Shown piece after piece: positions 40,965-51,438 of a stretch of 64,000 bases of DNA (its first letter is position 1; every line of letters begins with the position of its first letter). Origin of the DNA: an uncultured bacterium (GTDB taxonomy: Bacteria; Acidobacteriota; HRBIN11; JAKEFK01); the NCBI GenBank assembly GCA_963777505.1, contig CAVZQN010000008.1:288001-352000 (forward strand), written 5' to 3'. The position numbers and the translations under genes are program-made. Below the pieces are notes generated by a model. It ran no database searches, was not told where the DNA came from, and saw only the letters and a program-made list of their open reading frames with translations.

Positions 40965-41570
40965 ATGAATAGACCAATCGTAATAGGAATTCTATTATTC
41001 GCCATTGTCTTCGGAGGTCTTTTCTATTTTCTGAAGAAGAGGCCCGCTGAACAAAAGAAACCAATTCCAAAATCCACCTCCACATCTGAAACGAAGAAAC
41101 CGCCCGAACAGCCCAAAAATCAGCGCCGAATCAATGTAAAACTTTTCTTTGGCACCGCGGGTTCAGGAATGCTTCAATCTGAAGATCGATTCGTGCCCTA
41201 TCATGCAACACTCCATGATCAAGCATTTGAAGTTTTAAAAGAATTGATGCTCGGCCCAGAAAGTGATCTTGTGAAAACCGTTCCTGATGGAACAGAAGCG
41301 CGCGACCTTTTTATTACTAAAGAAGGTGTTGCCTATGCAGATTTTTCGGGAGACTTATCTGCGAAACATCAAGGCGGATCCCTGGCAGAAATGAATACGG
41401 TCTTTTCCATCGTTAACTCTTTAACCCTGAACTTTCCTGAAATTAAACGTGTGCAAATATTGATTGAAGATCGTGCAGTGGAAACGTTGAATGGACATAT
41501 GGATTTAAGCAGACCACTTCGTCCGGACCCAACCCTGGTTGCTTTAGCACCACGTCAACAGAAAAATTAA
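40965..41570 (+). CDS. GerMN domain protein
   Basis: N-terminal TM anchor; ELMLGP, SIVNSLT...IKRVQILIE...TLNGHMDL; position between amidase and rph. Confidence 0.85.
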   Translation: MNRPIVIGILLFAIVFGGLFYFLKKRPAEQKKPIPKSTSTSETKKPPEQPKNQRRINVKLFFGTAGSGMLQSEDRFVPYHATLHDQAFEVLKELMLGPESDLVKTVPDGTEARDLFITKEGVAYADFSGDLSAKHQGGSLAEMNTVFSIVNSLTLNFPEIKRVQILIEDRAVETLNGHMDLSRPLRPDPTLVALAPRQQKN

Positions 41571-41614
41571 CTCTCCTTTGCGTCTCACGAGATATAAGCT
41601 ATATTCAAATTCAT

Positions 41615-42373
41615 ATGAGACACGATGGACGCGCATCAGATCAGATCCGCAAAACGATCATCACACCGAATTATTTAAAGACTGCGGATGGTTCAGTATT
41701 GATCGAAGTCGGAGATACACGTGTTATCTGTACCGCCAGTTTCGAAGATCGTGTCCCAGCTTTTTTGAAAAATTCAGGTCAAGGCTGGCTCACATCGGAA
41801 TATGGAATGATCCCGCGTTCTTCTAACACCCGAATTACGCGTGAAGCTTCTCAAGGCCGCCCTTCTGGCCGTACTCAAGAAATTCAGAGACTTGTGGGGC
41901 GCGCGCTCCGCAGCGTTACTGATATGTATTCCATGGGTGAACGAACGATCTGGATCGACTGTGATGTATTGCAGGCTGATGGCGGCACACGAACAGCTTC
42001 CATTACCGGAGGATTTGTCGCATTGGCCCTCGCAATGAACAAAATGGTTGAGGAAAAAATATTAAGTAATATTCCGTTACGCGATTATATAGCAGCAATC
42101 AGTGTGGGAATTGTGAATCAACAACCTGCGCTTGACTTGAACTTTTTTGAAGATTCCAGAGCAGATGTAGATATGAATGTTGTTTGCACAGGTGAAGGAA
42201 GATTTGTTGAAGTTCAAGGCACTGCGGAAAAGCGTCCTTTTTCAGAGACAGATCTTCAAGAAATGTTGCGAATTGCAACGAAAGGTATCCGCGAGTTAAT
42301 TCAACTTCAGCAAAAAGTTCTGGAAGGAGCCGTAAATGAAAGGGTACTGCAACAGCTCCCCACCCTCAGGTGA
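41615..42373 (+). CDS. rph: Ribonuclease PH
   Basis: [45 protein letters not shown]. Confidence 0.97.
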   Translation: MRHDGRASDQIRKTIITPNYLKTADGSVLIEVGDTRVICTASFEDRVPAFLKNSGQGWLTSEYGMIPRSSNTRITREASQGRPSGRTQEIQRLVGRALRSVTDMYSMGERTIWIDCDVLQADGGTRTASITGGFVALALAMNKMVEEKILSNIPLRDYIAAISVGIVNQQPALDLNFFEDSRADVDMNVVCTGEGRFVEVQGTAEKRPFSETDLQEMLRIATKGIRELIQLQQKVLEGAVNERVLQQLPTLR

Positions 42374-42995
42374 ACGTTTCCTTCTGCTAGCATCGACAAA
42401 CCAGAATAAGTTTTTCGAGATTCGTACTTCACTGGGTCAGATTGGAATTCCTTTATATTCATTAAATGACTTTCCAGCGATCCCTGAAGCTCCGGAAACC
42501 GGGTTCACTTTTGCTGAAAATGCAGCACAAAAGGCAAAATACTACTGGGAAAATTTCAAAAAGCCTGTGCTTGCTGAAGATTCTGGCCTGGTGGTGCCGG
42601 CGCTGGATGGCTTTCCCGGAATCCATTCTGCACGAATTGCTCCAGATGATGCGAGCAGACTCCAGATTGTCCTGCAAAAGCTGAATGCAATCGAAAAAGG
42701 CTCCGAAGCCGCCGATTCAGAGCTTCGTCGAGCGTACTATGTTTGTAGTATTATGTTAATAGTAAACGACCAGACACAGTATTCAGTTGAAGGACGATGC
42801 GATGGAACTCTCATTGCGGAACCAGATGGCACACAGGGGTTCGGATATGATCCTATCTTTATTCCTGATGGAGCGACCCACACTTTTGGACGGATGAGTA
42901 TCAAAGAAAAGTCGCAATACTCTCACCGCGCAAAGGCTATTCATTTAATCATTCCTCATCTTATTTCCGAATTCCGCAAAATCCCCTCCATTTAA
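42336..42995 (+). CDS. rdgB: Non-canonical purine NTP pyrophosphatase (HAM1/RdgB)
   Basis: [35 protein letters not shown]. Confidence 0.93.
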   Translation: MKGYCNSSPPSGERFLLLASTNQNKFFEIRTSLGQIGIPLYSLNDFPAIPEAPETGFTFAENAAQKAKYYWENFKKPVLAEDSGLVVPALDGFPGIHSARIAPDDASRLQIVLQKLNAIEKGSEAADSELRRAYYVCSIMLIVNDQTQYSVEGRCDGTLIAEPDGTQGFGYDPIFIPDGATHTFGRMSIKEKSQYSHRAKAIHLIIPHLISEFRKIPSI

Positions 42996-43038
42996 GGAGG
43001 AATGGTGGAATAATGGATTTGGACCTTCAGTAATAGCA

Positions 43039-45091
43039 ATGACGATAACTCAGAAGCAAATCTTCTTCATGCTCTTGATTACTCTTGCTTTCTTTGGTGT
43101 TTATTTTATTCCTTTCCAGGATTATCCATTGGCAATTTCTGGACTTTTCGGCGTATTGTTTCCCGTACAGGCATTGATCTGGCGCTTAACTTACGGAAGA
43201 AAACTCAAAGATTATTTATTCAGTACATCGCTTTTGGTTGCTCTGATCATTCTTAAACATTACTGGCAATATGCCGATCTTTTGTTTTATTTGATTTCAA
43301 TCATTCTCGCCGCAGTTCTTCATTACAAAACTTTTGTAGGTGTTGCAGCCACTTTATTAGGAATAGAAACAGTCCGCGAGTTTTCTTATCAGTATGAGCG
43401 TCCCGAAGAAGTATTATTTCGATATTCGTTATTCTTTATAGCCGGAACACTGACCGCATTTTTGCTGCGTGAAGAAAAACGCCTTAAGGATGAATTTAAG
43501 CGTGAACTCGATGACTTAAAATATGGAATCCATCAAGTCGAAAAAGAATCTGTTTCACAAATCAGCGATTCAGGTCAGATTTCTCGAAAAGTTGATGCAG
43601 CTCTGGCACTTGATGAATCACTTCAAAAAGTCCTTCAGCTGATCCATGGAATTTTCAAGCCCGATACATCATTGATCTGGCAATACCTGCCACAAAGACA
43701 ACAATTACGGGTCAGAGAACATTGCTCAAATATTGAGGAATTAAAAACCGATATCTCTGTGAGTATGGGCGAAGGACCTGTCGGTTGGAGTGCTCTGAAT
43801 CAAAAGTTCTATTTTCAGCAAGAACGAGAGGATGGAGTTCCGACGACTCATTACAAGAAAAATCATCCTGTGCGTTCGCTTGTCGCTGTTCCAATTCTTC
43901 ATAATGACAGGCTTGAAGGTGTACTTTCATTGGATTCATCGCACTTAAAATATTTTGCACCTGATGCAGTTCCCGCACTGGAGTCTTTTGCTGCACAAAT
44001 TTCAGAAACAATTGGAATGGCACGGCTTGCCAAGGAACGCGAGGAACGTGCATTTGAGTTTCAAGCTTTTTATCATGCAAGCAAAGAACTTACATCTTTG
44101 ATTGATTTTGAAGAAATTGTACAAAGACTCAATTTGTTATGCGGCGAAATTGTGAAATCGGATTTCACAGCTGTTGCGGTAACTCAGGCAGATCCGTCCA
44201 AATACAAGGTTTATGAATGGAGCGACAATAATGAAGCTCCCATCACATTCGCTGATCTTGAGAATAATGGCAGTTCCTGGATTTCATGGTTTTTGCAGAG
44301 TATGGAAGAACCGCTCATCATCCCAAGTTCGCAACTTCGAGCTTCAAGAGATGCCTGTGTTGAGACATGAGGAAAATATGGGTGAATTTACAACCTATCT
44401 TGCAGTTCCTATGAGGCATCAACAATCGGTCATCGGAGCTGTTTTGCTTGGAAGTAAGCAAAAAGATGCATTTTCATCACATCAAGCGCGTGTTCTTTCG
44501 ATTCTCGGAAATCAAGCGGCAGTCAGCCTGGAAAACTCAGCCATCATAACCAAAATGGAGCAGCTTGCCATCACAGATGGATTGACGACTCTCTTTAACC
44601 ATCGATATTTTCAGGAAGCCATCGATCGTGAAATCGAACGTGCATCGAGGTTGAATGAAAACCTGACTCTGATGCTCATGGATATCGATCATTTCAAGGG
44701 CTTTAATGATTCCTTCGGACACCCCGTCGGCGATTTCATTCTGAGAAGCCTTGCCTTACTTTTGAAAAAAGGAGCGAGAAAAATTGACATTCTCGCAAGA
44801 TATGGCGGGGAAGAATTTGCGGCGCTTCTTCCTGGTATTGATGTAAAGAATGCAAGAAAAACAGCAGAACGCTGGCGCAAAGCCGTTCAACGTGCCTCAT
44901 TTAAACGCGATAACAAATCATTTGCTGTGACAATTAGCGTTGGCTTTGCTACGTTTCCAGCCGATGCAGAAAATAAAACCGAATTGATTGAGCGCGCTGA
45001 TCGTGCACTCTATGATGCAAAAGAGAACGGTAGAAATCAGGCGCGACATTACAGCGACAACGAAAACTCACGCAGCAGCCTTTTCGGATAA
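43039..45091 (+). CDS. Membrane-anchored GAF-GAF diguanylate cyclase; apparent +1 frameshift near 44338
   Basis: TM region and GAF in 43039..44370; rest of second GAF, TDGLT, DIDHFK, RKID I-site and GGEEF in 44213..45091. Confidence 0.88.
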
Positions 45092-45100
45092 TTTAAATTT

Positions 45101-45127
45101 ACCGCAAAGACTCAGAGTCTTTGTGGT
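45101..45127. repeat. REP-like palindrome related to 772-810
   Basis: ACCGCAAAGACT-CAG-AGTCTTTGTGGT. Confidence 0.55.
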
Positions 45128-45141
45128 GGTAAAATTCTTCT

Positions 45142-45777
45142 ATGGATTTCCATTACATTGCTGTTGAAGGCCCGATCGGTGTCGGAAAATCTTCGTTTTG
45201 CGAACTTCTCGCTACTCATTTAAAAGCTCAAAAAATAATGGAGGATTTGGACAATCCATTTTTAAAAGACTTTTATAAAGAAACACCTGGTTCTGCATTC
45301 CAGCTACAGCTCTTTTTTCTTCTTATGCGATATCAACAACAGCAAAAACTGCAGCAAGCCGATCTATTTCAGGAAACTTTAGTCTGTGATTACATTTTTC
45401 AAAAAGATAAAATTTTTGCATATCTAAATCTCTCCGACAATGAACTTTTAATTTATGAGCGTCTTTACACCCTTCTTGAACCGAATATTCCCCGGCCAGA
45501 TCTTGTCATTTATTTGCAAGCCTCTCTGGATGTATTGCTGCAGCGGATCAAGAAGCGGAATCTTGAATATGAAAAAACAATAACTCGCGATTATCTTAAA
45601 GAATTGATGCAAGCCTACAATTATTTTTTCTTCCATTACAAGCTTTCATCCTTGCTTGTAATAAATACTTCCGATATCGACTTCGTTGAGAATTCCCAGG
45701 ACATGGAAGACCTTGTCACCATGATTCGAACGATGGGAAAAGGCACACGGTACTACATTCCTCTTGGCTCACGTTGA
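45142..45777 (+). CDS. Deoxynucleoside kinase
   Basis: IAVEGPIGVGKS, NPFLKDFY, QLFFL..RY, PDLVIYL, RIKKR. Confidence 0.93.
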   Translation: MDFHYIAVEGPIGVGKSSFCELLATHLKAQKIMEDLDNPFLKDFYKETPGSAFQLQLFFLLMRYQQQQKLQQADLFQETLVCDYIFQKDKIFAYLNLSDNELLIYERLYTLLEPNIPRPDLVIYLQASLDVLLQRIKKRNLEYEKTITRDYLKELMQAYNYFFFHYKLSSLLVINTSDIDFVENSQDMEDLVTMIRTMGKGTRYYIPLGSR

Positions 45778-47837
45778 GAGTTGAACTGACAAAGCCTCAA
45801 AATCATTCGTCAATTACCGGCCTGGATCTGTTCGCAATTTCAGCTTGTTGGAATCTCGCTGTTGCTCAGCCATTGTTTGAGGTCTTATCACGAGGGGTTG
45901 AATTCTTCGTCTTCAGAAGAGTCAGTGCAATTGAACTTGTGTTACTCGTCCTCGTTGTTTCAATTATTATTCCATTTCTTTTGATAGCGGTCCTTCATGC
46001 TTTGGGAAAAGTCTCTCTTGCGCTGAGAAACTTTTTGTTCGTCACTATCCTAACTGTCCTTCTTACGCTAATCGTTTTGCCTTTATATAGAGACTCACAG
46101 CTTAACCCTTTATTCATTGTAGGATGCATCACTGTCTGCGCAATTGGAGTTACCGCCGGATATTTACGTTTTAAGAACTTTCGATCGTTTTTCTTATTCC
46201 TGACTCCTGCGGTTTTATTGATTCCTGGACTATTTTTTTTCCAGCCTCAGGTCCGGAAGATGCTTCAATTCAATGAGCCGGTTTTGCCTCACTTCAAAAC
46301 TTCATCAAAAGTTCCAATTGTGTTTGTTGTCTTTGATGAGTTTCCGCTAGTTTCTTTGTTAAATAAAGAAGGTTTTCTTGATGAAAAGAGTTATCCAAAT
46401 TTTGCGAAACTTCTGAGTCAAGCAGACTGGTATCGCCATGCGACGACCTCGGCATCAACAACACATGCATCTGTGCCTGCGATCCTGACTGGAAGCACAC
46501 CTGATCACAAACGATTGCCGATTGTCCGCGATTATCCAAGAAATCTTTTTACGTTGCTTTCTGAGTCGTACGATATTCAAGCCATTGAAGCAATCTCACT
46601 TCTTCCGCAGAAAACCGCTACTGATGCATCGTCTGAAAATTTCTTAGAACACTTCAGGTCAGTGTTACAGGATCTCGGAATTATTTATTTGAATATCGTC
46701 CTTCCTGCCGACTGGCGAGTATCGCTACCTGCAGTCACTGGCAATTGGGGAAATTTTGCACAGCAAACAGCGATAGCAAAAGACTCAGGTCTTGATCGAA
46801 CACGACCCGAAATTTTTCAATTGTTTCTCGATTCAATTATTCCATCCGAAAAACCTGGCTTATTTTTTCTGCATAGCCAGTTACCTCATTCGCCATGGCA
46901 ATTTCTTCCATCGGGCAAAGAATACTCAGCTGTGGCTCTTGATGGAATGTTTGTGCGCTATGAACGATGGACAAAGGAAGATTCCGCTTCATTATGTGCT
47001 CAACAACGCCACATGTTACAGGTTGCATATACAGATCATTTGATAGGCAGGTTAATTTCAAAATTAACAGAGATCGGATTATTTGATCAATCGTTGATCA
47101 TCATTACTGCCGATCATGGCGCAAGTTTTCGACCAGGAGATGCACGCCGAATCATAACTGAAACTAACTATGCAGATATTATTTTCGTTCCAATGATTAT
47201 CAAAAAACCGGGACAGAAAACAGGACGCATTTTAGACTGGATGGTTCAAACAACGGATATCGTTCCAACGATCGCAGAAATTTTAGGTTTTCAAATGCCG
47301 TGGAATGTAACTGGTGTTTCGGTCTTACACGATCCACCGAAAAACCGCACTCAGGTAACAGTTCTCAACCATAAAGGGAAATCGTTACAATTTAATTCTG
47401 TTGAAAATGCAAAGATTCAATCCGTTAATTTCCGTATCCATCGATTAGGAGAGGGCCATCCTTTCGCATTGCCGCCAACAGATTTTTCGCAACGCTGGCT
47501 CAACAGCAGTTCAAAAGAAATTAGATCCGATCTTTCAGGCAAAAAAGCGTCTCTATATAATCCACAAGGCTTTATGAACGTCGATCTTGCATCAAACTAT
47601 CTTCCGGTATTTGTAACAGGCAGTATCTATTTTCCAGATGGGAAGCTTCAACAATTGAATCTCGGAATTGGAGTTAATGGAACAATTAGAGCTGTCACAA
47701 ATTCATTCAGGTTAAATAACTCCAGCCATGCTTTTGGTGCATTAATTCCAGAAGACAGTCTGGTGAACGGAAAAAATGACATTCAGATCATCTTGTTGTC
47801 TGAATCGAATGTGTCCCAGATCCCACTACGCAACTAG
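45774..47837 (+). CDS. Membrane-anchored alkaline-phosphatase-superfamily (sulfatase-like/LtaS-like) transferase
   Basis: About five N-terminal TMs; VFDEFP, STTHASVPAILTG (no CxPxR), LPHSPW, TADHG. Confidence 0.75.
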   Translation: MRVELTKPQNHSSITGLDLFAISACWNLAVAQPLFEVLSRGVEFFVFRRVSAIELVLLVLVVSIIIPFLLIAVLHALGKVSLALRNFLFVTILTVLLTLIVLPLYRDSQLNPLFIVGCITVCAIGVTAGYLRFKNFRSFFLFLTPAVLLIPGLFFFQPQVRKMLQFNEPVLPHFKTSSKVPIVFVVFDEFPLVSLLNKEGFLDEKSYPNFAKLLSQADWYRHATTSASTTHASVPAILTGSTPDHKRLPIVRDYPRNLFTLLSESYDIQAIEAISLLPQKTATDASSENFLEHFRSVLQDLGIIYLNIVLPADWRVSLPAVTGNWGNFAQQTAIAKDSGLDRTRPEIFQLFLDSIIPSEKPGLFFLHSQLPHSPWQFLPSGKEYSAVALDGMFVRYERWTKEDSASLCAQQRHMLQVAYTDHLIGRLISKLTEIGLFDQSLIIITADHGASFRPGDARRIITETNYADIIFVPMIIKKPGQKTGRILDWMVQTTDIVPTIAEILGFQMPWNVTGVSVLHDPPKNRTQVTVLNHKGKSLQFNSVENAKIQSVNFRIHRLGEGHPFALPPTDFSQRWLNSSSKEIRSDLSGKKASLYNPQGFMNVDLASNYLPVFVTGSIYFPDGKLQQLNLGIGVNGTIRAVTNSFRLNNSSHAFGALIPEDSLVNGKNDIQIILLSESNVSQIPLRN

Positions 47838-49501
47838 GAGCCGGATTTTCTGGAGCCGCAAGTCTCTTTTACCTGCCATGCTCTTCCTACAATCCATCCT
47901 CTCAGTCTTTGATCGCGATTTGCATTCTCAGCTTTCCGAAGTTCAGAAATAGAATCGCTGCATTTTCCAAGAAAAAAATACATCGAACCAAGAGAATAAC
48001 TGTGGAATGGTTCCCACTTGTAATGTTTGTACGCTACGCCAATCGCGATTTGCAAAAGAAAAAGAATCACAGCTGCAGAACTGTAAGCCAATTTCTTAAA
48101 ACTTGGTATGCGAACTTCTTTTTGAGGCAAGGTCAGTGTGAAGTACGTAATCAATAAGGCTGTATAGAAGACAAACCCAACAGCTGCTCCATGAATCCCA
48201 AAATATTCAGCTACATTCCTGGCGAAAGCACCATTGATAAATAGCGGAACAAATAATGTAAAGACCGGATTCGGAATATCAGGCGCAGGAAAAGGAAAAG
48301 TAATTGTACCGATTGTCACAAAAAAAACTGAAATCAGGCTCAATAACAAAAACAAGAAGTTTAACTTGAACGTAGTTTCATTCATTGATTGCGCAACAAA
48401 ATAAGCAACCGCGGTCATCAAAAATGGGACCAGTGGTGTTAAATAACGTGGACCTAACGACCATCCTCCATCCCAGTTCGACATTCCTGAATGAAAAAAT
48501 AGACTGCTGAGAACAATCCCTATTATTAAGATGCCCTCTGCTCGAAATTTCCGATTGCGAATTAGAAGATATATTCCTGGAATTGAAAAAAGCAGAATCG
48601 GGGAAAAGAAAAATAGCCCTCTACTGGAGCTCAGTAAGAGACCATACAATGCTTCAACTTCAGGCAATCTCAAACCGATCAGCCCCTTCGAATGTTGCTC
48701 CATATGAATCGGATCGCTCATATGCTTGTAAGTCACGTCAAATGGATCATCGAAAATAATGTAGTTGTATCCAAGCATCAAGAGTACGAATGGAATAAGG
48801 GCCGCAATGAAAACGAGGGAGTGGCGTCGAGTAATTCCCGAACGCAATAAAACGTAAAGGAAAATCATTCCAACCTGAAGAATTGCAGGATATTCAAATA
48901 ACATCGCAGCCCCTGCGAAGATCGCACTCAGAAAAAGATTCATGTTCACGCGTTCAATTCGATTTGCTGCAGTGAAGGCAAAATAAAAACTTAGAAAGAG
49001 AACGATGCCAGTTAAGTGATGGCTGATAAATTGAAGAGCGTACGGAAATGCAGTTGTTCCAAAAGCAAAAATGAAAGCGAGTGACTTGTTATGCGTTCCG
49101 TTGAAATTTGTTTCCCAAAAATTAGTAATAAAAACCAAAAATAAAATAGAAGGAATAGTCACACAAAATAATTTCAACCAGAAAAGATATTTGCCTGTAT
49201 CCTGCTTTAAACCGATTTTTTTCGCTACTGCATAGATTGGGATTGCCAGAATTGAGGTTCCAATCGCTTTATCTGAATAAAAATGTCCATCAAATCCGGC
49301 TTTATCCTGTGTATCTCCAAATCTTCGTATTGCTTCGTCGATCTGGACTGTTCCTTCATCCACGATTGCCGAGGTAAGAAGCAAGCGAGAATGTTCGTTC
49401 GTGAAGATGAAATGTGGATAAATCTGAAAAAAGAAAACCGAACAAAATAGAAAGAGACTCAAAACGGCGAATTGACGTAACCGGGACAGGCCCGAAAACA
49501 T
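47834..49501 (-). CDS. Polytopic membrane protein, GT-C-like glycosyltransferase
   Basis: NEHSR, YSDKAIG, RGLFFFSP, WDGGWSLGPRYLTP; more than 10 hydrophobic segments. Confidence 0.6.
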   Translation of the reverse strand: MFSGLSRLRQFAVLSLFLFCSVFFFQIYPHFIFTNEHSRLLLTSAIVDEGTVQIDEAIRRFGDTQDKAGFDGHFYSDKAIGTSILAIPIYAVAKKIGLKQDTGKYLFWLKLFCVTIPSILFLVFITNFWETNFNGTHNKSLAFIFAFGTTAFPYALQFISHHLTGIVLFLSFYFAFTAANRIERVNMNLFLSAIFAGAAMLFEYPAILQVGMIFLYVLLRSGITRRHSLVFIAALIPFVLLMLGYNYIIFDDPFDVTYKHMSDPIHMEQHSKGLIGLRLPEVEALYGLLLSSSRGLFFFSPILLFSIPGIYLLIRNRKFRAEGILIIGIVLSSLFFHSGMSNWDGGWSLGPRYLTPLVPFLMTAVAYFVAQSMNETTFKLNFLFLLLSLISVFFVTIGTITFPFPAPDIPNPVFTLFVPLFINGAFARNVAEYFGIHGAAVGFVFYTALLITYFTLTLPQKEVRIPSFKKLAYSSAAVILFLLQIAIGVAYKHYKWEPFHSYSLGSMYFFLGKCSDSISELRKAENANRDQRLRGWIVGRAWQVKETCGSRKSGS

Positions 49502-49687
49502 AAATGAAGTGTACCAAAATAAAACGTAAGTGGTTGCAGGAAGGCCTGGAGGAAACTAAAATAGGGAGTTGTAAGTTGGTTTCGCAATTTCCCTGGATCC
49601 ACTAAGGACCAGGAGAAAGTAAAGCTGGCCAATTTACACTGATTGCGCTTCACTCGATTCGCTATGCGAACGGGCAGAGGAGAAAAA

Positions 49688-50611
49688 ATGTCAAATTCCC
49701 CATCGGTCCCTCAAAGGGTTACACTACCCGGTCTCATTTCCAAAAAACAACACGGCGAAAAAATCACAATGCTAACGGCGTATGACTATCCGTCTGCTTT
49801 GATCCTGGATCATTCGGATGTAGACATTGTTTTAGTTGGAGATTCACTTTCGATGGTGATGCTTGGACACGAAAATACGCTCTCCATTGGCATGGATGAG
49901 ATGCTTCATCATAGTCGTGCAGTTGCTGCAGGATGCAAGCGTGCTCTGGTTGTTGGCGATATGCCTTATGGTTCATATCAGAACGGGATTACGCAGGCTA
50001 TTCAAAACGGAACGAGGTTCATTAAGGAAGGCGGCTGTGCGGCCGTAAAACTGGAAGGCGGAAAACAACGCGCAGCAGTGATTGCTGCAATGGTTGAAGC
50101 TGAAATCCCGGTTATGGCGCACATTGGTATGACGCCCCAGTCAATGCATCGTTTTGGCGGATTTCGCGTTCAAGGAAAATCGTCGAATGATGCTATAACG
50201 ATTGTTGAAGACGCTTTTGCTGTGCAGGAAGCAGGCGCTTTCGCCGTTGTGCTGGAAAGTATTCCTTCTGTCGTGGCTGCCGAGATAACCCCCCGTTTGC
50301 GGATTCCCACAATTGGTATAGGGGCAGGCAAATATTGTGATGGACACGTGTTGGTCTGGCATGACTTTCTTGGATTGATCGACACCCAGCGTAATGCCCG
50401 CTTTGTAAAACGGTACGCAAATCTGTATCCACAGATCCTCAATGCAGTCAATGAATTTTGCCGGGAAGTCAAAGAAGAGCTTTATCCGGGAGACGAGCAC
50501 GGTTACAATATGCCGGAGCCCGATTCTTTCTCCGAACGGGTAGAAGAGCTCTATGGAAGTCATACAACGCATCCTTCAAATGAAGGAACTCTCACGAAAA
50601 GCAAGATCTGA
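49688..50611 (+). CDS. panB: 3-methyl-2-oxobutanoate hydroxymethyltransferase
   Basis: MLTAYD, LVGDSL, VKLEGG, HIGMTPQS, IPTIGIGAG; GAGGAG RBS before ATG 49688. Confidence 0.96.
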   Translation: MSNSPSVPQRVTLPGLISKKQHGEKITMLTAYDYPSALILDHSDVDIVLVGDSLSMVMLGHENTLSIGMDEMLHHSRAVAAGCKRALVVGDMPYGSYQNGITQAIQNGTRFIKEGGCAAVKLEGGKQRAAVIAAMVEAEIPVMAHIGMTPQSMHRFGGFRVQGKSSNDAITIVEDAFAVQEAGAFAVVLESIPSVVAAEITPRLRIPTIGIGAGKYCDGHVLVWHDFLGLIDTQRNARFVKRYANLYPQILNAVNEFCREVKEELYPGDEHGYNMPEPDSFSERVEELYGSHTTHPSNEGTLTKSKI

Positions 50612-51404
50612 GGGAAAAGTTATCGGCTTTGTGCCGACTATGGGTTTCCTTCATGATGGGCATCTCAGTCTTGTGCGCGAAGCGCGCAAGATGGCAGATA
50701 TTGTCGTTGTAAGCATCTTTGTAAACCCTGCTCAGTTTGGACCTTCAGAAGATTTTGAAAAGTATCCGCGTGATGTTACGCGCGATGCGGAGCTTCTAGC
50801 ATCGGAAAAAGTTGATTACATGTTTCTGCCTAAAACAGAGGAAATCTATCCTGCAAATTACAGCACGTATGTAAAGGTAAGAGATTTAAGTGCAAAGATG
50901 TGCGGTGTTTCACGGCCTGTACATTTTGAAGGCGTTACAACTGTAGTTCTCAAATTATTTCACATAGTCGATCCGCATTTTGCATTCTTCGGACAGAAAG
51001 ATGCTCAGCAATTGATTATCATTCGCAGAATGGTTGCCGACCTTAACATGGATGTTGAGATTGTCCGGCTACCAATCGCTCGCGAGGCCGATGGACTTGC
51101 GATCAGTTCGCGTAACGTCTACCTATCTGAAGAAGAGCGGAAGGCGTCTCCAGTTTTGTACCGTGCTCTGGAACATGTTAAAAAGCGAATTGAAGAAGGG
51201 GAACGAAAACCAAAACCCTTGATAAAAGAAATGCGCGAAATAATCGAAAGCGAACCACTTGCGAAAATCGATTACATCTCAATTACCGACATGGTTGAAT
51301 TGAAAGAACCTAAGACATTGAAAGGGAAAATTCTGATTGCTCTTGCAGTAAATTTTGGTACAACACGTCTGATTGACAATATCATTGTTGAACTTCCTAC
51401 CTAA
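50553..51404 (+). CDS. panC: Pantoate-beta-alanine ligase
   Basis: VPTMGFLHDGHLSL, SIFVNPAQF, FGQKDAQQ, SSRN, RLIDN. Confidence 0.97.
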   Translation: MEVIQRILQMKELSRKARSEGKVIGFVPTMGFLHDGHLSLVREARKMADIVVVSIFVNPAQFGPSEDFEKYPRDVTRDAELLASEKVDYMFLPKTEEIYPANYSTYVKVRDLSAKMCGVSRPVHFEGVTTVVLKLFHIVDPHFAFFGQKDAQQLIIIRRMVADLNMDVEIVRLPIAREADGLAISSRNVYLSEEERKASPVLYRALEHVKKRIEEGERKPKPLIKEMREIIESEPLAKIDYISITDMVELKEPKTLKGKILIALAVNFGTTRLIDNIIVELPT

Positions 51405-51438
51405 AACAAACTATGCTGGCAATTTATAACGCTGGCGA

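Noticed and set aside
39444-41570. Genomic island inserted at tmRNA
   Set aside because: Downstream genes are housekeeping (amidase, GerMN, rph); no integrase or duplicated 3' end seen.
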